NCBI GenBank assembly: GCA_902586925.1 | Contig: CACIJE010000001.1 | Coordinates: 671,666 to 735,665, forward strand | Direction: 5' to 3' | Length of the DNA stretch: 64,000 nt | DNA from: an uncultured SAR86 cluster bacterium | GTDB taxonomy: Bacteria; Pseudomonadota; Gammaproteobacteria; Magnimaribacterales; D2472 | Shown here: positions 60,366 through 64,000 of the stretch, one piece after another | Layout: the number at the start of each line of letters is the position of its first letter | Position numbering within the stretch: the stretch's first letter is position 1 | The notes under the pieces: model-generated | Databases searched by the model: none | What the model was told of the DNA's origin: nothing | What the model saw: the letters and a program-made list of their open reading frames with translations, nothing else | Made by a program: the position numbers and the translations under genes

Positions 60366-61478
60366 ATGATGAATTTTGAGGTAGTTGAAACTAAACAAGA
60401 AAATGCAAAAATAAAAGTGGTGGGAGTAGGCGGAGGCGGTGGAAATGCCGTACTTCATATGATTAATCACGATATTAAGGGAGTGGATTTTATTTGTGCA
60501 AATACTGATACTCAAGCACTAAAATCTGTTAAAAGTGCAATCACATTAAAACTTGGTAACGGCCTAACTAAAGGATTAGGCGCTGGAGCAGATCCAGACA
60601 TTGGTAGAAGAGCTGCTGAAAGTGACAGAATGGCAATTGAAGAACTACTATCTGGAGCAGACATGGTCTTCATTACTGCTGGAATGGGTGGCGGTACTGG
60701 AACAGGAGCTGCGCCAGTAATAGCATCGATTGCAAAAGAACTAGGAGCATTGACTGTAGCAGTAGTTACAAAGCCTTTTAGATTTGAAGGAAAAAATAGA
60801 ATGTCAGCTGCTGAAAAAGGTTTGGCATCTTTAGTCGAAGAAGTAGATAGCCTTGTAACCATTCCAAATGAAAAGCTTTTTGAAATAATGGGATTAGATA
60901 CTCCTATGAAAGACGCCTTTGCCAAATCTGACGATGTTTTAAAAGGTGCTGTACAAGGTATTTCAGATATTATTATGCAAAGAGGGCATGTAAATGTTGA
61001 TTTTGCAGATGTTAAAGCTGTTATGTCTGAAAAAGGGATTGCAATGATGGGAACTGGTATAGCGAGTGGAAAAAATAGAGCTGAATCTGCAGCTAATATG
61101 GCTGTAAAAAGTGAATTACTTGATGATATAAACCTTAAAAATGCAAGAGGCGTTTTAGTTAATATAACTGGCAAGGAGCCGACACTTAGAGATCAAGCAG
61201 AAGTGGCAGATATTATTGATGAGATTGTTAGTGAAGACGCAAATATTATTTATGGTCTTGTATTTGACAAAAGCTATAAAGATGAAATTAAAGTAACTAT
61301 TGTAGCAACAGGCGTTGATCAAAGAGCGCCTTCTCTTGTAATTGATAATGAACCTTCAATAAAACTAAATCCTGTTGGATTAGATAAAGATAAAACTAGT
61401 CAAAAAGTTGGCACGTCGTCTGCAGAGGAAATTGATTTCCTTGATGTGCCGACTTTTATGAGAAAGCAAGTAGACTAA
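60366..61478 (+). CDS. ftsZ: Cell division protein FtsZ
   Basis: 370 aa, with IKVVGVGGGGGNAV, the tubulin signature GMGGGTGTGAAPV, the T7 loop region and the C-terminal FtsA/ZipA-binding peptide DVPTFMRKQVD. Confidence 0.96.
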   Translation: MMNFEVVETKQENAKIKVVGVGGGGGNAVLHMINHDIKGVDFICANTDTQALKSVKSAITLKLGNGLTKGLGAGADPDIGRRAAESDRMAIEELLSGADMVFITAGMGGGTGTGAAPVIASIAKELGALTVAVVTKPFRFEGKNRMSAAEKGLASLVEEVDSLVTIPNEKLFEIMGLDTPMKDAFAKSDDVLKGAVQGISDIIMQRGHVNVDFADVKAVMSEKGIAMMGTGIASGKNRAESAANMAVKSELLDDINLKNARGVLVNITGKEPTLRDQAEVADIIDEIVSEDANIIYGLVFDKSYKDEIKVTIVATGVDQRAPSLVIDNEPSIKLNPVGLDKDKTSQKVGTSSAEEIDFLDVPTFMRKQVD

Positions 61479-61479
61479 T

Positions 61480-62373
61480 ATGCTTCACTTTCCAGTTTTG
61501 CTGGAAGAATCCGTTGATTTTTTATTAAATGATTTAAATGGTCACTACATTGACTGTACTTTTGGCAGAGGCGGACATTCAATGTTAATCTTAGAGAAAT
61601 TATCTAAAGATGGGTTTTTGACAGGAATTGATAAAGATCCTGATGCATACGAATATGCAACAAAACTTAAAAACAACAACTTCAAAATCATTAATGATTC
61701 ATTTACAAATATTGATAAATATTTTAAGGAAGAAAGTATAAGTGGCATTCTTTATGATCTCGGAACATGCTCTACTCATCTTGATCAGCCTGAAAGAGGG
61801 TTTAGCTTCAATAAGGAAGGCCCTTTAGATATGCGTTTTAATAATAAAATAGGTATTTCACTCTCAGATTGGCTTGAAAATGCTTCAGAAGAAGAAATTA
61901 GAGACATTCTTTATCAATATGGTGATGAAAAACATGCAAAATTAATTAGTAATGCAATTTTTATAAGCAAAATTAGAAATAAGATCACTACCACAACACA
62001 ACTCTCAAAAATAATTAAAGACATATATCCCGAAAAAGATAAAAAAATTCATCCAGCAACTAAATCTTTTCAAGCATTTCGTATTTTTATAAACAATGAG
62101 CTTGAAGAAATCACGAGGTCATTAAAAGCTGCAGAAAAACTTATAAAGTTAGGAGGTTTTATAGTAACAATAGCTTTTCACTCATTAGAAGATAATATAA
62201 TTAAGAATTTTTTTAAGCCGTCCCTTGTTTCTTTCCCAAAGGATATTCCTTTAAATAATCAAGAAGAAAAGAAGTTTGTTTGTGTTGCAAAAAAAGTTAG
62301 GGCATCTAAAGATGAAATTAGTATTAACCTAAGATCAAGAAGTGCAATAATGAGGGTCTTTCAAAAGATATAG
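61480..62373 (+). CDS. rsmH: 16S rRNA (C1402-N4)-methyltransferase RsmH (MraW)
   Basis: 297 aa, with FPVLLEESVDFL, YIDCTFGRGGHS, DLG.S..HLDQPERGFSF and AFHSLEDNIIKNFF. Confidence 0.94.
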   Translation: MLHFPVLLEESVDFLLNDLNGHYIDCTFGRGGHSMLILEKLSKDGFLTGIDKDPDAYEYATKLKNNNFKIINDSFTNIDKYFKEESISGILYDLGTCSTHLDQPERGFSFNKEGPLDMRFNNKIGISLSDWLENASEEEIRDILYQYGDEKHAKLISNAIFISKIRNKITTTTQLSKIIKDIYPEKDKKIHPATKSFQAFRIFINNELEEITRSLKAAEKLIKLGGFIVTIAFHSLEDNIIKNFFKPSLVSFPKDIPLNNQEEKKFVCVAKKVRASKDEISINLRSRSAIMRVFQKI

Positions 62374-62378
62374 TTAAA

Positions 62379-62639
62379 ATGAAAATGATACTTCATTACT
62401 TATTTTTACTAGCACTAGTCTTTATCCTAAGTATTGAAAAAATAAAATTATCTTGGGAAATAAGCACCCTTTATAACAATAATGAGAATTTAAAAGTTGA
62501 ATTTGAAAATTTTAAAGATCTTAATCTTAAACTAACAACACAATTTTATTTAGAAAACTCGCCAGCAAATATTGAAAAAATTGCTAAAGAAGATTTAGGA
62601 ATGATTAAAAAAAGACCTAAAAAAGTTAAATATGAATAA
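62379..62639 (+). CDS. ftsL: Cell division protein FtsL
   Basis: 86 aa bitopic protein (TM then coiled coil) between rsmH and ftsI. The C-terminal E.IA...LGM motif is typical of FtsL. Confidence 0.75.
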   Translation: MKMILHYLFLLALVFILSIEKIKLSWEISTLYNNNENLKVEFENFKDLNLKLTTQFYLENSPANIEKIAKEDLGMIKKRPKKVKYE

Positions 62640-64000
62640 TAAACTTAATTATTTAAATTGGAGATTTATTCTAATAGCTGCAGTTATTTTAGCTTGTTCG
62701 ATAACAATAATTTTTAAGATATTTTCAATACAATTCTTTGAAAGTAATTTTCTTCAGAATGAAGGTAATAAAAGGTACGTTAAATACAAAGATATCGTTC
62801 CGGTAAGAGGAACTATTTATGATCGAAATAACTTCCCATTAGCGGTATCAGTTATTAATTATGATCTTTATGCTTTAAAAGGATTTACAAAATCTCAACT
62901 ACTTAATATTTCAGAAATGATCGAACTAGATATTGATCCAAAGATTGAGACTTTCAATAAAAAAACACTTTTAAAGAAAAATGTTTCAAATGAAATGTTA
63001 CTAAAAATCAGAAACTCAAGATTTAAAAATATTGAGATCGAGGTCCGTCATAGTAGACATTATCCTTTAGGCGATCAAATTGCGCCCCTAATTGGTTTTT
63101 ATGGAAAAGATGGAGCTCAAGAGGGGTTAGAGAAAAGTTATGACACAGTTTTGTCTGGTAAAAAGGGGCGACAAAAATATTTCAAAAACGCCAAGCAAGA
63201 AATAATTTCAAAGCCAATTGAGGTATCCAAGACAATTCAAGGAAATGATATATATTTAACTATCGATAGTACATTGCAGTTTTATGCCTATAAGTTCTTA
63301 GTCGAGGCAATAAAAAGTAATAATGCGAAATCTGGAACAGCAATTATTTTAAATAATTTAGACGGGGAGGTTTTGGCGATGGCTAGTTATCCATCATATA
63401 ACCCTAATCATCCTCAACGAAAAATACAAAAAAATAGAGCTTTGGTAGATGCATATGAGTTGGGTTCGGTTTTAAAACCTATTGTTTTGTCAAAAGCCCT
63501 TGAAGAAAATATTGTCAATATAGATCAATATATAGATATTCCTAGTAGACTAAATCTTAACGATAAAATTATCGTAGATTCAAAACAATATGAGAAACTA
63601 ACTTCAGCAGAAATAATTTCATATTCTAGTCAAATTGGAGCTTCTAAAATCGCTCTTGAACTAGGATACAAAGATCTAAAATCAAATTTCTATGAATTTG
63701 GTTTTACAAAACCAATTTCAATTAACTTTCCTTCATCAGCATTTGGTTATATGAGCATTAAAGATAAAATTGTTGATAAGGAACTTGCGAGTTTAGGATA
63801 TGGTTATGGCTTAACTATTAGTCCTTTTCAATTAGCATCAGCTTATTCAGTTTTTGCAAATAACGGAATTTTTAAAGATTTTAAGCTGCTTAAAGATGCA
63901 GAAGTTCATTCAAGAAGAGTAATTTCTCAATCAACTGCCTCAAATATTTTAAAAGCTTTAGAAATGGTAACCATAGACGGAACAGGAAAAGCTGCAAATG
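62632..64000 (+). CDS. ftsI: Peptidoglycan D,D-transpeptidase FtsI (PBP3), N-terminal about 456 aa; continues beyond the window
   Basis: The frame is open from the ATG at 62632 (overlapping ftsL by 8 nt) to the window end. My translation is MNNKLNYLNWRFILIAAV... (TM anchor), RGTIYDRNNFPLAVS (PBP dimer domain) and active-site SxxK in YELGSVLKP. Confidence 0.88.
   Translation, partial: MNNKLNYLNWRFILIAAVILACSITIIFKIFSIQFFESNFLQNEGNKRYVKYKDIVPVRGTIYDRNNFPLAVSVINYDLYALKGFTKSQLLNISEMIELDIDPKIETFNKKTLLKKNVSNEMLLKIRNSRFKNIEIEVRHSRHYPLGDQIAPLIGFYGKDGAQEGLEKSYDTVLSGKKGRQKYFKNAKQEIISKPIEVSKTIQGNDIYLTIDSTLQFYAYKFLVEAIKSNNAKSGTAIILNNLDGEVLAMASYPSYNPNHPQRKIQKNRALVDAYELGSVLKPIVLSKALEENIVNIDQYIDIPSRLNLNDKIIVDSKQYEKLTSAEIISYSSQIGASKIALELGYKDLKSNFYEFGFTKPISINFPSSAFGYMSIKDKIVDKELASLGYGYGLTISPFQLASAYSVFANNGIFKDFKLLKDAEVHSRRVISQSTASNILKALEMVTIDGTGKAAN

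Noticed and set aside
60512-61174. 220-aa minus-strand ORF antisense to ftsZ
   Set aside because: It is a shadow ORF inside a highly conserved gene. Its low-complexity Pro/Ala/Ser composition mirrors the Gly/Ala/Thr-rich FtsZ codons on the other strand. It has no independent start context.

Overview
The window is an AT-rich, densely packed chromosomal segment. There are almost no intergenic spacers, and many stop/start and stop/stop overlaps. The gene order is gammaproteobacterial: map-glnD, carAB-greA-rlmE-ftsH-glmM-tpiA-secG, tRNA-fMet-rimP-nusA-infB-rbfA-truB-rpsO-pnp, ychF-pth-rplY-prs-tRNA-Gln-ispE-lolB divergent from hemA-prfA-prmC, gatCAB divergent from mreBCD, rpoN-lptBA-kdsD, mlaC-ibaG-murA, degS/zapE, rplM-rpsI-petABC-sspA, and rsmI-rnpB-mraZ with the start of the dcw cluster. 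I infer a streamlined marine gammaproteobacterium (SAR86-like), but this is not proven. I support 4 tRNAs, RNase P RNA, about 65 CDS and a few regulatory sites. I saw no rRNA, CRISPR array, integrase or IS element. The best candidate for a novel system is a roughly 4.3 kb non-housekeeping islet (28033-32351) wedged with zero spacer between prmC and selO. It holds an orphan 508-aa protein divergent from a three-gene operon: a 122-aa unknown, an ARPP-1-like protein with a GAKQDRV...VSCVEQGRW signature, and a protein with uracil-DNA-glycosylase-superfamily motifs. A Cro/YdaS-like HTH gene and a coiled-coil ORF follow. Other notable points are ftsZ placed between mraZ and rsmH behind a four-repeat GTGTG MraZ-type operator, a tandem pair of small two-helix membrane proteins after pnp, and several locus-level gene losses (lptC/kdsC, mlaFEDB, folP). 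All functional calls rest on my reading of the supplied translations and remembered family motifs. No database search was run.
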